Positions 30,429-38,836 are shown, numbered from the stretch's first letter. The stretch: 64,000 bases of DNA from Candidatus Pacebacteria bacterium CG_4_9_14_0_2_um_filter_40_15 (GCA_002788675.1 PFRS01000005.1:314635-378634); one strand, 5' to 3'. A program made the numbers and translations. Notes: generated from the letters alone by a model not told the origin.

Positions 30429-30861
30429 AGCTCTATTATACGTTAAAAATCTATATTTTCCAAAAAAAAGGTTCTAACCTCTACTTCTGGGTATTATGTT
30501 ATTAAGATATTCTTCTTGAAGTAAAATAAAGGGCTCCCCAGAAAGGTTGTACTCGAACTAGGAGGTGGGTTGAAGGTTATTTATTCAAAAATAACAAACT
30601 CATCTTAAAATCTGCGTGTCAATTTTAATTCTATAGATTAGTTCGAGACCCATCGGGATCAATAAAAATTACTTGAGATAAAAAATTAAAGGTATTAAAC
30701 CCCAGGGCAAGCCCAGGACCAAATTCCGAGGCAAGCCTCGGGGTATTAACCGCATAAGGAAAAATTAAACTAGGAAAGACCCTTAATATAATATTTAGTA
30801 TTTGATCCCCCCCCACAATAGATCAATCACTCTAAAAGCGTAGGTATTGCTAGTAAAAATT

Positions 30862-31008
30862 TTATAATTTAAACCCTAATAAGCGGGCGATAAATACTAT
30901 TACTGCGATAACCAACAGCAGATGAATCATACCTCCCCCCATTTTTAAACCAAATCCACCTATCCACGAAATGACTAAAATTGCGATAATGATGTCTATT
31001 ATCCCCAT
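30862..31008 (-). CDS. lmo0937-family small membrane protein (48 aa)
   Basis: The ORF is not in the supplied track. MGIIDIIIAILVISWIGGFGLKMGGGMIHLLLVIAVIVFIARLLGFKL matches the conserved GGG(L/M)IHLLLVIAV core of this family, and an AGGAG RBS lies upstream. Confidence 0.5.
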   Translation of the reverse strand: MGIIDIIIAILVISWIGGFGLKMGGGMIHLLLVIAVIVFIARLLGFKL

Positions 31009-31047
31009 ATTTCTCCTTTTTTTAATTAACTACTAGTTCTAAATAAA

Positions 31048-31344
31048 CTATTTCTTCCAGATCTTTTTTACTTCTTTATTAGATTTTTTTGCAGCATCAG
31101 CTGTTTGTTCTAATTTTGATTTACTATCAGCGACTTGATCATTAGCTGTCTTCATATAAGTTGAAGCCTTTGCTTTTACGTCATCGACAATTTCTTTAAC
31201 CTTTTCTTGATTTTTATTATTTCTCATTGCCACTACTCCTGCAGCAACCACACTAGCGCCGACAACGGCTCCAGTGACAGCAGCGACGACTGTATTTGAA
31301 ACATTCTTTAGGTCATCCGATTTTTTTTGTTTAGTATTAGTCAT
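31048..31344 (-). CDS. YtxH-like membrane-anchored protein
   Basis: An N-terminal Ala/Gly/Val-rich TM segment (VVAAVTGAVVGASVVAAGVVA) is followed by a charged helical tail. Confidence 0.35.
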   Translation of the reverse strand: MTNTKQKKSDDLKNVSNTVVAAVTGAVVGASVVAAGVVAMRNNKNQEKVKEIVDDVKAKASTYMKTANDQVADSKSKLEQTADAAKKSNKEVKKIWKK

Positions 31345-31376
31345 AATTTTTAACTTTCTTTTCTAATTTATAGTAA

Positions 31377-31598
31377 TTATTCTATAGGGTTAGCTGGAGC
31401 ATCAACATTTACCTGTGGAGCCTCGACATTTATTTCTGGGGTTGGTACATTTACCTGGATTACTCTCCTGCTTTGCAATGCAGGAATCCCATACGTAACT
31501 AGTAAACCCAAGGAAACTATCAAGAAAACTACTACAATGATGAAGCCAAATCCACCAGAGTTTTGCTGTGGTGCTGGGTTATTTACAACTGTTGCCAT
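31377..31598 (-). CDS. small hypothetical membrane protein
   Basis: 73 aa with one TM helix. Confidence 0.3.
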   Translation of the reverse strand: MATVVNNPAPQQNSGGFGFIIVVVFLIVSLGLLVTYGIPALQSRRVIQVNVPTPEINVEAPQVNVDAPANPIE

Positions 31599-31715
31599 AT
31601 CACTCCTTTTATTTCAATTAATTATCTTCAAAGATAAGTATGCGCCGATTAATCACTAGATTCAGTGACTTGACACAGAAAAGGTTTGTGAGGGAAATTA
31701 CAAGTTAGCTGTGAG

Positions 31716-32375
31716 TTAAAGATTTTTTGTGCTAATGAGTTCTTGCTCTAACTTGGCAATATTACTAAAAATCATGTTATGATCGACAAATTCAACTAAT
31801 TTTTTTTGGGCTAATTTACCTAACTCAATACTAACTGTTTCTCTAGCGACCCCAACTAACGAGGCAATATCTTGATGAGTGAAACGATGCTGTACAATTA
31901 TTTTAGTCCCATTTTTATTACCAAAATAGGTAGCCAGGTAGAGTAGAACGGAAATAACTCTCCTGTACGCATCACTAAAAACTAAGTGTTCGATTCTTGC
32001 GAGTGATTCTTCATAGCGTCTGAGTAGTTCACACATTAGCTCAGAAATTAAATCTGGCTTGTTTTTAATAAACTCCAAGACCTGATTCTTTGGAGCTCTA
32101 CCAATCTCAACAGGTGTAAGTGCCTCATAAAAATATACGTTTGGCGTATTGTTGAAAGCCCATACCATGGGGAAATAGGAAATAGGTTGCAGAATATGTA
32201 AAGTTAATTCTTCACCAGTATGCGAAATAATATATTGGCGAACATATCCTTTAGTGAGGCAAAAAATACCTTGAGGGTCATCATCCGCCCTGATCAGCAT
32301 TTCTCCTTGTTTATACAATCGCAGTTGAAACTGAGAAAAAAATTCTTCAAATACTTTGGTTTTACTTTTATTCAC
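31716..32375 (-). CDS. Crp/Fnr-family transcriptional regulator
   Basis: A cNMP-binding-like beta-roll is followed by a C-terminal HTH (RFTHQDIASLVGVARETVSIELGKL). Confidence 0.7.
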   Translation of the reverse strand: MNKSKTKVFEEFFSQFQLRLYKQGEMLIRADDDPQGIFCLTKGYVRQYIISHTGEELTLHILQPISYFPMVWAFNNTPNVYFYEALTPVEIGRAPKNQVLEFIKNKPDLISELMCELLRRYEESLARIEHLVFSDAYRRVISVLLYLATYFGNKNGTKIIVQHRFTHQDIASLVGVARETVSIELGKLAQKKLVEFVDHNMIFSNIAKLEQELISTKNL

Positions 32376-32529
32376 TATCTTGATTATAGCCTATGCATAG
32401 CAAAATTTGTGAGCAATAGAGGTTAATGGCTCGCCGTGATGGACGATATTCGAACTGAGCTATTCAAAAAATCATTTCCATATTTGTCATATTCAGAAAT
32501 AGAAAACTTGCTAAATACAATTTAAAAAG

Positions 32530-33426
32530 CTAATCTTTCAAAGATGATATATCAATGCTTTCGGAAATATCACCTGGGTTTAAATCTAATTGAAAATATT
32601 GACTTCCGTCACTGCCTTTTGAATTTATTTCTATTTCTAAATTAACTGGCTTCTCATTAATAGTGATAAAAAGATAGTCATTGAAAAAAAATGCACCTTG
32701 CTCAGGCTTGATTTCAGAAATATCACAGCTTGCAAGTCTGTCAGAACATTGAATGTTTGTTCTGTAATTTCTAGTAATGTCAATATTAGGTAAAAATGAA
32801 GACAATCCCATTAAATAATTGTCACAAGTCGGCGTAGGTTTTTCTGGTAAATTTAAATCATAAATAGAGTCCTTAATATATCCCTCTGAAAGCCTTGCAT
32901 TTATTGATATACGTTCATCGTACCTATCTGAGTTAACCTTTAGCATAAAACAAATAGTATTTTTACCACTCTTGAAATATGAGTCCAATCTTTCAATATA
33001 ATCTTGAAGCAATTCGATGTAATCGGCTACATCTTGCCTTGATTTAATTCCATCAAAAGGAAATCTGATTAATGGATTAACTAAATTTGGTAGTTCTTCT
33101 TCCAATTCTTGAATCTCATCTTTAATTGCCCGCACTGTCTCTTCGGCTGTTAACTTATAAAAACTTGCATCTATTTCAAACTTTGTAGTTGAGTTTTTAC
33201 TCTTTTCATTTGCAATATATTCTTTTCTCCACACATTATATATGGATATAAAAACAATGATTATTAAATAATAATTAGTCAGACTTTTGGGTAAAGTATA
33301 TGCGTCACCATTGCTGATATAAACAGAAATAAAATCATAAACAGATGGGAGCAACAATGCCAAATTTGACCACTGCAAAAAAACTCTACTGATAAATATG
33401 TAAATTTTAATAATTTCTTTCTTCAT
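32530..33426 (-). CDS. hypothetical membrane protein, last gene of island cargo operon (possible effector)
   Basis: 298 aa with two N-terminal TM helices (LALLLPSVYDFISVYI and YYLIIIVFISIYNVW), then a coiled coil and an Asp/Ile-rich C-terminal domain. Its start overlaps the upstream gene's stop (ATGA), which implies translational coupling. Confidence 0.45.
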   Translation of the reverse strand: MKKEIIKIYIFISRVFLQWSNLALLLPSVYDFISVYISNGDAYTLPKSLTNYYLIIIVFISIYNVWRKEYIANEKSKNSTTKFEIDASFYKLTAEETVRAIKDEIQELEEELPNLVNPLIRFPFDGIKSRQDVADYIELLQDYIERLDSYFKSGKNTICFMLKVNSDRYDERISINARLSEGYIKDSIYDLNLPEKPTPTCDNYLMGLSSFLPNIDITRNYRTNIQCSDRLASCDISEIKPEQGAFFFNDYLFITINEKPVNLEIEINSKGSDGSQYFQLDLNPGDISESIDISSLKD

Positions 33427-35249
33427 AATTTCTCAAGTTCATTTTTCAAAAAATAGGCAGCAGACATGTGGTTTTTTGCAATGCTTTTATCTAAATCTCT
33501 ACTTAGCACTCTCTTACTTCTTCTTTCTATATCTCTGCTCAATCTATGTTTTAGTTCAATTAAATTTTCATTTTCTGTTCCTTCAAACTTAAACTTTAAA
33601 AAATGACATCCAGTGATTACATATACCTTTTCATCCAATCCTGCTTCCTCTTGGCTTTCCCACAAAGCTTTTGGGAAAGGTGCGCTCATATTTATTGTCT
33701 TATTAAAAAATAACTTAGCTACATTTACAGCATCAGTATTTTTTACAGATTTAACTGTTCCAATATAAGTTGATGCGCCCCCGTAAATGAAATTACTTGA
33801 AAGCACATGATTTGAGATGCAAGCATTATTAAAAACAAAAGGAAAGGACTCTGGGTCAGACAAACTTGAAAATGATGGAATAAAGTTCTTTGAAACTCCT
33901 TTTGTAACTATTACATTACAATAATTTACGTTTTTCACTTTTCTCTGTTTTAAAACTTTCCAATCTTTTCTCTTCAACTTTGAGAACTCTGACACTATTT
34001 TTTTCGATGAACCCGGTTTATAAGTTTTCTCATACCATGGGCTTCCATCTAACTCTACAAATTCATAGAAGCTTTTAACATTAATTATGGCATCTTCACC
34101 TGTCCCAAAACCTGTGGGTTCGAAGGAATCTATAGCATCAACCACTATGACATGCTCACAGCCTCTACTATCAACAAACTGTATATCAAACCTTTGACCT
34201 TCTGGAAGTCCTCCATGACTACATATAAACAATAAATCGTAGGGATAAAACTGAATAGAATTGCTTAATTCGTAGTTTGTAAATTGATTATCCCAAAACT
34301 CTTTGGTAATAACTTCTTTTTGAGCCAACAAGTCACTCACATCATCTGTTTCAGAATCAGAAAAGAATCCAGTATCTACGAGAAGCGCTGATTTCACGAT
34401 TATTTCAGGGTTTGCTATTGATTCAGCGATAAAGTAGCCAGGCATTATTCGTCCTAAAATATGAGTTGATGCAATATTAGGATAGAAATAACCATAAGGA
34501 ATTTCATCAGTATAAAATGTCACAAAATCATAAGCTTCGATTTCACCAAAGTCCGCATCTAGCTCTGATTTTATACTTGCATTAATTTCTCTAGCTACAT
34601 CGCCTCTCGCTTCATTTGAATCATTATCAAAAATCAAAGCGGCAATTTCTTTAGAGGAATATTCTAAATCTGTTTGTATGAATTTAATATCAGCGTTAAT
34701 GGAAAACGCATAGTTAGCAACTATGACAGGAGACAACTCATCATCAATATCGTAATAAACACAATGCTTACTTGTTTGTTTAAATGAATATTTATAATTA
34801 GCTTTATTCGTAATTACCAATCTTTGTTTGTTCTTTTTTGCTATTAAAAGTGCTTGAGCAACTTTCTGTTTTTCTGGCTCACATTCTAAATTCCCCTCAA
34901 ACACAATATTCATTGGTTCTGCGATTTCCGACTTTATTTGAGATTTTTTTGTTACTGTTATGTATCTTTCTTCTGGAATTCGCAATTGGTCTTTGATGAT
35001 TTTAATGTATTTAGGATTAACACCCGCAAAAATACATATCTCAGGCCTAATCTTAGCCAAAATATTGTTTAGCTTTATTAATTCGTTACTCCAGTCATCT
35101 CTCAAAAACCTTGGTAATTCAAAAACACAAAAATAATCATTTGGTTCATAAAAACAACTTGATATTTGAGCAGCTAATATATGGTTCCCACTTATACATA
35201 TAACTTTATTTTTTATTGTCGGTGCGTTATCTGAATAGCTATGCATCAA
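33423..35249 (-). CDS. large hypothetical protein with caspase/CHAT-like His-Gly and Ala-Cys motifs (tentative protease)
   Basis: 608 aa. LLFICSHGGLPEG has the hydrophobic-x-S/G-H-G pattern of caspase-fold His. About 130 aa downstream, FVFNNACISN has the hydrophobic-A-C-x-S pattern of the caspase-fold Cys. There is no P-loop. The function is inferred only from these motifs. Confidence 0.4.
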   Translation of the reverse strand: MMHSYSDNAPTIKNKVICISGNHILAAQISSCFYEPNDYFCVFELPRFLRDDWSNELIKLNNILAKIRPEICIFAGVNPKYIKIIKDQLRIPEERYITVTKKSQIKSEIAEPMNIVFEGNLECEPEKQKVAQALLIAKKNKQRLVITNKANYKYSFKQTSKHCVYYDIDDELSPVIVANYAFSINADIKFIQTDLEYSSKEIAALIFDNDSNEARGDVAREINASIKSELDADFGEIEAYDFVTFYTDEIPYGYFYPNIASTHILGRIMPGYFIAESIANPEIIVKSALLVDTGFFSDSETDDVSDLLAQKEVITKEFWDNQFTNYELSNSIQFYPYDLLFICSHGGLPEGQRFDIQFVDSRGCEHVIVVDAIDSFEPTGFGTGEDAIINVKSFYEFVELDGSPWYEKTYKPGSSKKIVSEFSKLKRKDWKVLKQRKVKNVNYCNVIVTKGVSKNFIPSFSSLSDPESFPFVFNNACISNHVLSSNFIYGGASTYIGTVKSVKNTDAVNVAKLFFNKTINMSAPFPKALWESQEEAGLDEKVYVITGCHFLKFKFEGTENENLIELKHRLSRDIERRSKRVLSRDLDKSIAKNHMSAAYFLKNELEKL

Positions 35250-35252
35250 TTT

Positions 35253-35924
35253 TTAATCCTGTCTCTCTTGCCAAGGGGCTATATTGCTCTCCCCAGTTTC
35301 TTCTGTTCTTACTTCTCTAGGACTAATGACCTCTTTACTAAAAACAATATCTGGTAAATCATATTTCTTATCGTATTCAAATGCCTCTTTTCCAACGTTA
35401 ATTTCAAAAACAGATGTTGTGGGGTTTACTACAACCAACTCAGCAATTGTATCCGGGTGGTTTCTCACATTCCTAACTGCCCATATTGGATAATCTATTA
35501 ACTTCTCATTTGCATACTTCTTTATCTCTTCATAATCAACACCATCTGTAGTAAATAAATGTACAAGCATCAAATATTCTGAAGAATAAGCTCCGCTCAA
35601 TTTCCTAGTCCTAATGAGCTGTTCAAGCAAAGACTCTTTAGATTTACGATAGCTAGTTAATTCAATAGTGGTTATATCCATTGACACACCATTTGGCTGC
35701 ATGAGATATGCATCTGGCGGGTCTTGCAGCGGCATTCGTAGATAAGTTGGCAAACCTCTAATTTTACTCAACACAAACGCTGCTATTGCAGCAATTCTAG
35801 ACTCTCTGACTACCTTATTCTCAGGTTTTATTAAAGCCCCAACACCTTGCTCCTGTTCAAATTTTTGAATATGCATGAATGTGTTTGTCGGAGAATGCCA
35901 TCTTTTATTAAATTGTCTTTTCAT
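35253..35924 (-). CDS. hypothetical protein (island cargo operon)
   Basis: 223 aa with no recognisable motif. It is tightly packed between neighbours, with a 4-nt gap to the downstream gene. Confidence 0.4.
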   Translation of the reverse strand: MKRQFNKRWHSPTNTFMHIQKFEQEQGVGALIKPENKVVRESRIAAIAAFVLSKIRGLPTYLRMPLQDPPDAYLMQPNGVSMDITTIELTSYRKSKESLLEQLIRTRKLSGAYSSEYLMLVHLFTTDGVDYEEIKKYANEKLIDYPIWAVRNVRNHPDTIAELVVVNPTTSVFEINVGKEAFEYDKKYDLPDIVFSKEVISPREVRTEETGESNIAPWQERQD

Positions 35925-36023
35925 CTTGATTTTATTGTATCAAAATAAAACATTTATAATAAAATGGATTTATGATATTGACTGGCGATTTATTAATTCT
36001 GATTTAAGGTAGTGCTTCTAACA

Positions 36024-36836
36024 CTATCCCTTAGCAATTGCGTCAGCCCAACTGTATTTATCATCTTTGTAAATCTTTTTCATTTTTCTATCAAAATCTC
36101 TCCAATTTTTTACCAACTCTGGCATCTCAATCTTTTGTTCGTGAGGAAGTCCTATATCTGCATTGAAATTTAGCGGATTAATTTGAAAACCATTTTTTGT
36201 AACTAGTGCAATCTGCAAATGTTTGCTCACACCCGGATGAGGATTTCTAAAAACATCGTATGACAATACAACTCCCAATACCTGTGCGTAACCAAATTGA
36301 TTTCCTACCTCCATCTGCATAAGCTTCTCAGGCTCACTATGAATTCTTTCCAAATCATCTAGATAGACTTGCTTATTGTTACCACTTCCAATCGATAAAG
36401 GACTATGCACCCTTGAAGCTTCATACTCAAAACTGGGTGCTTTTAACTTCGCTACAAAAGACTTTGGTTGTCCTTTACTCCCATTATCTGCTATAGGGTC
36501 TACTGCAACTATAATCATGGAGAACGGTCTTTTCTTTTCTTCAGGAAGCTTTGAGTATAGTTCTTTCGCCCTTTTACCCCACTCTCTGGCTAATTGGTCA
36601 GGAATCCATCCTCCTTTACTCCTGGATGACATAAAGTCCCTTAAGGCTTGAGTAAACATAAACCCTGTTTCTATATCACCACTAAAACCAGACATAGCAA
36701 ACTCACCTACTGGATATATTTTTTGAACAACATCATGGAAATCTTCTTTACCATCAGGGAAAGATACAGTAGCTTGAACATCAGAGATTAAAACACCATA
36801 GCCAAACATTGTAGGAATACCAATAACCCAAGTCAT
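36024..36836 (-). CDS. proteasome beta-subunit/Anbu/HslV-like Ntn-hydrolase (Thr1 peptidase family), putative
   Basis: The N-terminus MTWVIGIPTMFGYGVLISDVQATV has Thr at position 2, which would be the nucleophile once Met is removed. It continues as hydrophobic-G...GxVL(I/A)(S/A)D..(A)T with Asp about 17 residues after the Thr. QKIYPVGEFAMSGFSGDIETG then parallels the proteasome SKIhhI.....hGsGAGD block around Lys33. The length is 270 aa. Confidence 0.5.
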   Translation of the reverse strand: MTWVIGIPTMFGYGVLISDVQATVSFPDGKEDFHDVVQKIYPVGEFAMSGFSGDIETGFMFTQALRDFMSSRSKGGWIPDQLAREWGKRAKELYSKLPEEKKRPFSMIIVAVDPIADNGSKGQPKSFVAKLKAPSFEYEASRVHSPLSIGSGNNKQVYLDDLERIHSEPEKLMQMEVGNQFGYAQVLGVVLSYDVFRNPHPGVSKHLQIALVTKNGFQINPLNFNADIGLPHEQKIEMPELVKNWRDFDRKMKKIYKDDKYSWADAIAKG

Positions 36837-36870
36837 ATACCAATTATAACCCGAAAATAATTATTGCGAT

Positions 36871-37179
36871 TTAAGAACTTAAGTATTGCTCTTTACACTC
36901 TTTGCGAAGATTATCTCTGCCGTTTGATGTTGCATCATATAATCTTGTGCAATCTTCTCCCTCAAGTCCATTATTCTCACAAGCTCTAGGAAGTGCTTCT
37001 ATGTTGTTAGAGTACCATTCTTCAGCTTTACCTAAGCAGGATTCATATTGTTCCTGTCTGTCTTTTAGAGCCTCTTCCTCTTTAATTTTATCCTGTCTCC
37101 ACATAATGAATATTCCTAATATCGTGAACGAAATTATTAATGCTGCGATTACAAGTGAATTTATTTTTTTCATATTCAT
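36871..37179 (-). CDS. small membrane-anchored Cys-rich protein, first gene of cargo operon
   Basis: An N-terminal TM helix (LVIAALIISFTILGIFIMW) is followed by a charged domain with four cysteines. Confidence 0.4.
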   Translation of the reverse strand: MNMKKINSLVIAALIISFTILGIFIMWRQDKIKEEEALKDRQEQYESCLGKAEEWYSNNIEALPRACENNGLEGEDCTRLYDATSNGRDNLRKECKEQYLSS

Positions 37180-37191
37180 ATTTTACTATGA

Positions 37192-37215
37192 ATACTGCGT
37201 TGTTGCATACTGCGG
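37192..37215. promoter_or_regulatory. direct repeats ATACTGCG x2 in divergent promoter region between cargo operon and XRE gene (candidate operator)
   Basis: ATACTGCG occurs at 37192..37199 and again at 37208..37215, inside the 54-bp intergenic region between divergently transcribed genes. Confidence 0.3.
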
Positions 37216-37233
37216 AATAGTCAAGAATTACTC

Positions 37234-37455
37234 TTGATGGAAGAAAAGCAAAAAGTAACAGAACTAGTGGGAGATGAAATTCGAAAACACAGAGAAGAAT
37301 CTGGTCTTTCGCAGGAAGAACTTTCAGCAAAAGCTGGTTTATATAGAACCTATGTTGGTCATGTAGAAGTAGGTCGTTACACACCTTCAATCTATACTCT
37401 CTTCAAGATAGCCAGAGCTCTCAAAGTTAAAGTCTCAGAAATAATACCCTTTTAG
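37234..37455 (+). CDS. XRE-family helix-turn-helix transcriptional regulator
   Basis: The HTH_3 core is LSQEELSAKAGLYRTYVGHVEVGRYTPSIYTLFKIARALKV. Confidence 0.7.
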   Translation: MMEEKQKVTELVGDEIRKHREESGLSQEELSAKAGLYRTYVGHVEVGRYTPSIYTLFKIARALKVKVSEIIPF

Positions 37456-37633
37456 TGGGAAAAGACCCCTTATTCCCATATATGGAAAAAACTTTCTCTT
37501 TAATGAGAGAAGGTTAATAGCCTATGGGGGGGCTGGACATGGTAAAAACCCACCAAATAATTTCTGATATTGCAGTCTCAGCTCAAAAATTCGCACTAAA
37601 TTTTGTACTCGTATCTTATACAATATAGTTAAT

Positions 37634-38323
37634 ATGAGTATGATTATGGATAATGAAGAACTACATGAAGCTATTGCAGACTTTAGCATGAGTGAGCTTA
37701 GTGAAGTGAAAGACTTACTGGTTGAAATTATCTCAAGTTACAAAAACTTTCATAAGGATGAACTGGCATTTAGTATTCAAGTTGATACTAAAAAAAAGAG
37801 AACTATTTACCTTTTAGAAGGTTTACTATCACATGCTGATATCTACTACACTCCAAGCACATTACGATGGTCTAAAGATGGTGAATACTTAGTTGATTTT
37901 GGTGCAAAGGATGGTGATTGGCTTGAATACTCAGCAGTATCTACACTAGAGCAAATACGAAAAGCAATTAATGACAGACTTGTAAATCAAGCTGATTCAA
38001 AATTGAAGCTATCAACCAAAAACAACTTGATTCATATTGTGCATTACAGAAAAGATGGCTCAATAGTTACAGCAAAAATTTTAGGAAATTCTAATAGTGG
38101 AAAAATTTTAAGTTCTTTGAGAAAGAATTCAGCGATGACTCTAAGTGAATTATCTAAAGTCATGAATGAACCAAGAAAACATGCCGATAGTCCTCTTCCA
38201 GAAAAGAGAGTCCACGATGCCATCAAATACATTAGAGATAAACTCAAAATTGAAGCTAACTCACCAAATGACATTTTCAATATCGTTGGCAAAGAATGCC
38301 AGCTAATCATTCCTACTGAATAA
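37634..38323 (+). CDS. hypothetical protein with C-terminal OmpR/PhoB-type winged-helix DNA-binding domain
   Basis: The C-terminus RVHDAIKYIRDKLKIEANSPNDIFNIVGKECQLI parallels the trans_reg_C recognition region (VDVHIRRLRKKL....I.TVRGVGY.L). There is no receiver domain. Confidence 0.4.
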   Translation: MSMIMDNEELHEAIADFSMSELSEVKDLLVEIISSYKNFHKDELAFSIQVDTKKKRTIYLLEGLLSHADIYYTPSTLRWSKDGEYLVDFGAKDGDWLEYSAVSTLEQIRKAINDRLVNQADSKLKLSTKNNLIHIVHYRKDGSIVTAKILGNSNSGKILSSLRKNSAMTLSELSKVMNEPRKHADSPLPEKRVHDAIKYIRDKLKIEANSPNDIFNIVGKECQLIIPTE

Positions 38324-38421
38324 ACTTCCATAACTTCCGAAAAAATCCGACAAACTCTTGGCTAAATTGCTAAGAGTTTTTTGTTTTTAACCGAAGTAAA
38401 TTACTAGAGAATATATCTAGT

Positions 38422-38670
38422 ATGAAGAACAAAACGAATTATTATAGCTCTGATTTATCACTGGTCACTACTCTTTCTTTAGACTTTCCAATCATTGGAA
38501 TAGATAGAAGAAATCCATCTAGGATTATCTTTGAATTTGAAAGCTCTAGAGAATTATCCGCCCGAATAAAAGAATACTGGAATGCTGAATTATTTATTGA
38601 GCCACAACGATTTTTTACACAACTAAAGTATATAAAAGCACAAGTATTTGGGAGGCCTAATGCTGAGTAA
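38422..38670 (+). CDS. hypothetical protein
   Basis: An 82-aa ORF in the island backbone. Confidence 0.3.
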   Translation: MKNKTNYYSSDLSLVTTLSLDFPIIGIDRRNPSRIIFEFESSRELSARIKEYWNAELFIEPQRFFTQLKYIKAQVFGRPNAE

Positions 38671-38836
38671 TAAATCAGTAATCAGCCTCCAGCAAGTCAT
38701 GAACGAAGATGGTTTACATCTAAACCAAGAAGAGACAAGGTCTCTTGGTGAGTTGTTAGTCAGTATAGGACTTCAATTAAAAATGAGTATTAAAAATAAT
38801 AATGAATATGAAAATAAAAACACAAAGCGTAGTTGA
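38648..38836 (+). CDS. hypothetical small protein
   Basis: A 62-aa ORF that overlaps its neighbours. Coding status is uncertain. Confidence 0.2.
   Translation: MGGLMLSNKSVISLQQVMNEDGLHLNQEETRSLGELLVSIGLQLKMSIKNNNEYENKNTKRS

Noticed and set aside
30536-30566. Possible attL as a partial repeat of the tRNA-Asn 3' end (ctcccc...ggttgta.tcgaac)
   Set aside because: The similarity is short and gapped, no better than chance for 7- to 8-mers. The left boundary of the element therefore stays undefined.
30631-30816. 61-aa ORF in the 30.4 to 30.86 kb noncoding stretch
   Set aside because: It runs through repeat and hairpin units and a C8 tract and has no RBS. It is more likely a noncoding or att-like region.
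32530-33426. Bacterial gasdermin-like effector hypothesis for the 298-aa or 270-aa cargo proteins
   Set aside because: The 298-aa protein has N-terminal TM helices. The 270-aa protein has an Ntn-hydrolase Thr1 signature and lacks the N-terminal Cys used for gasdermin palmitoylation. There is no positive gasdermin evidence.
36902-37390. Overlapping ORFs 36902..37237(+) and 37088..37390(-) at the cargo-operon and XRE junction
   Set aside because: They overlap the better-supported 102-aa membrane protein and the XRE HTH gene, and they are low-complexity.
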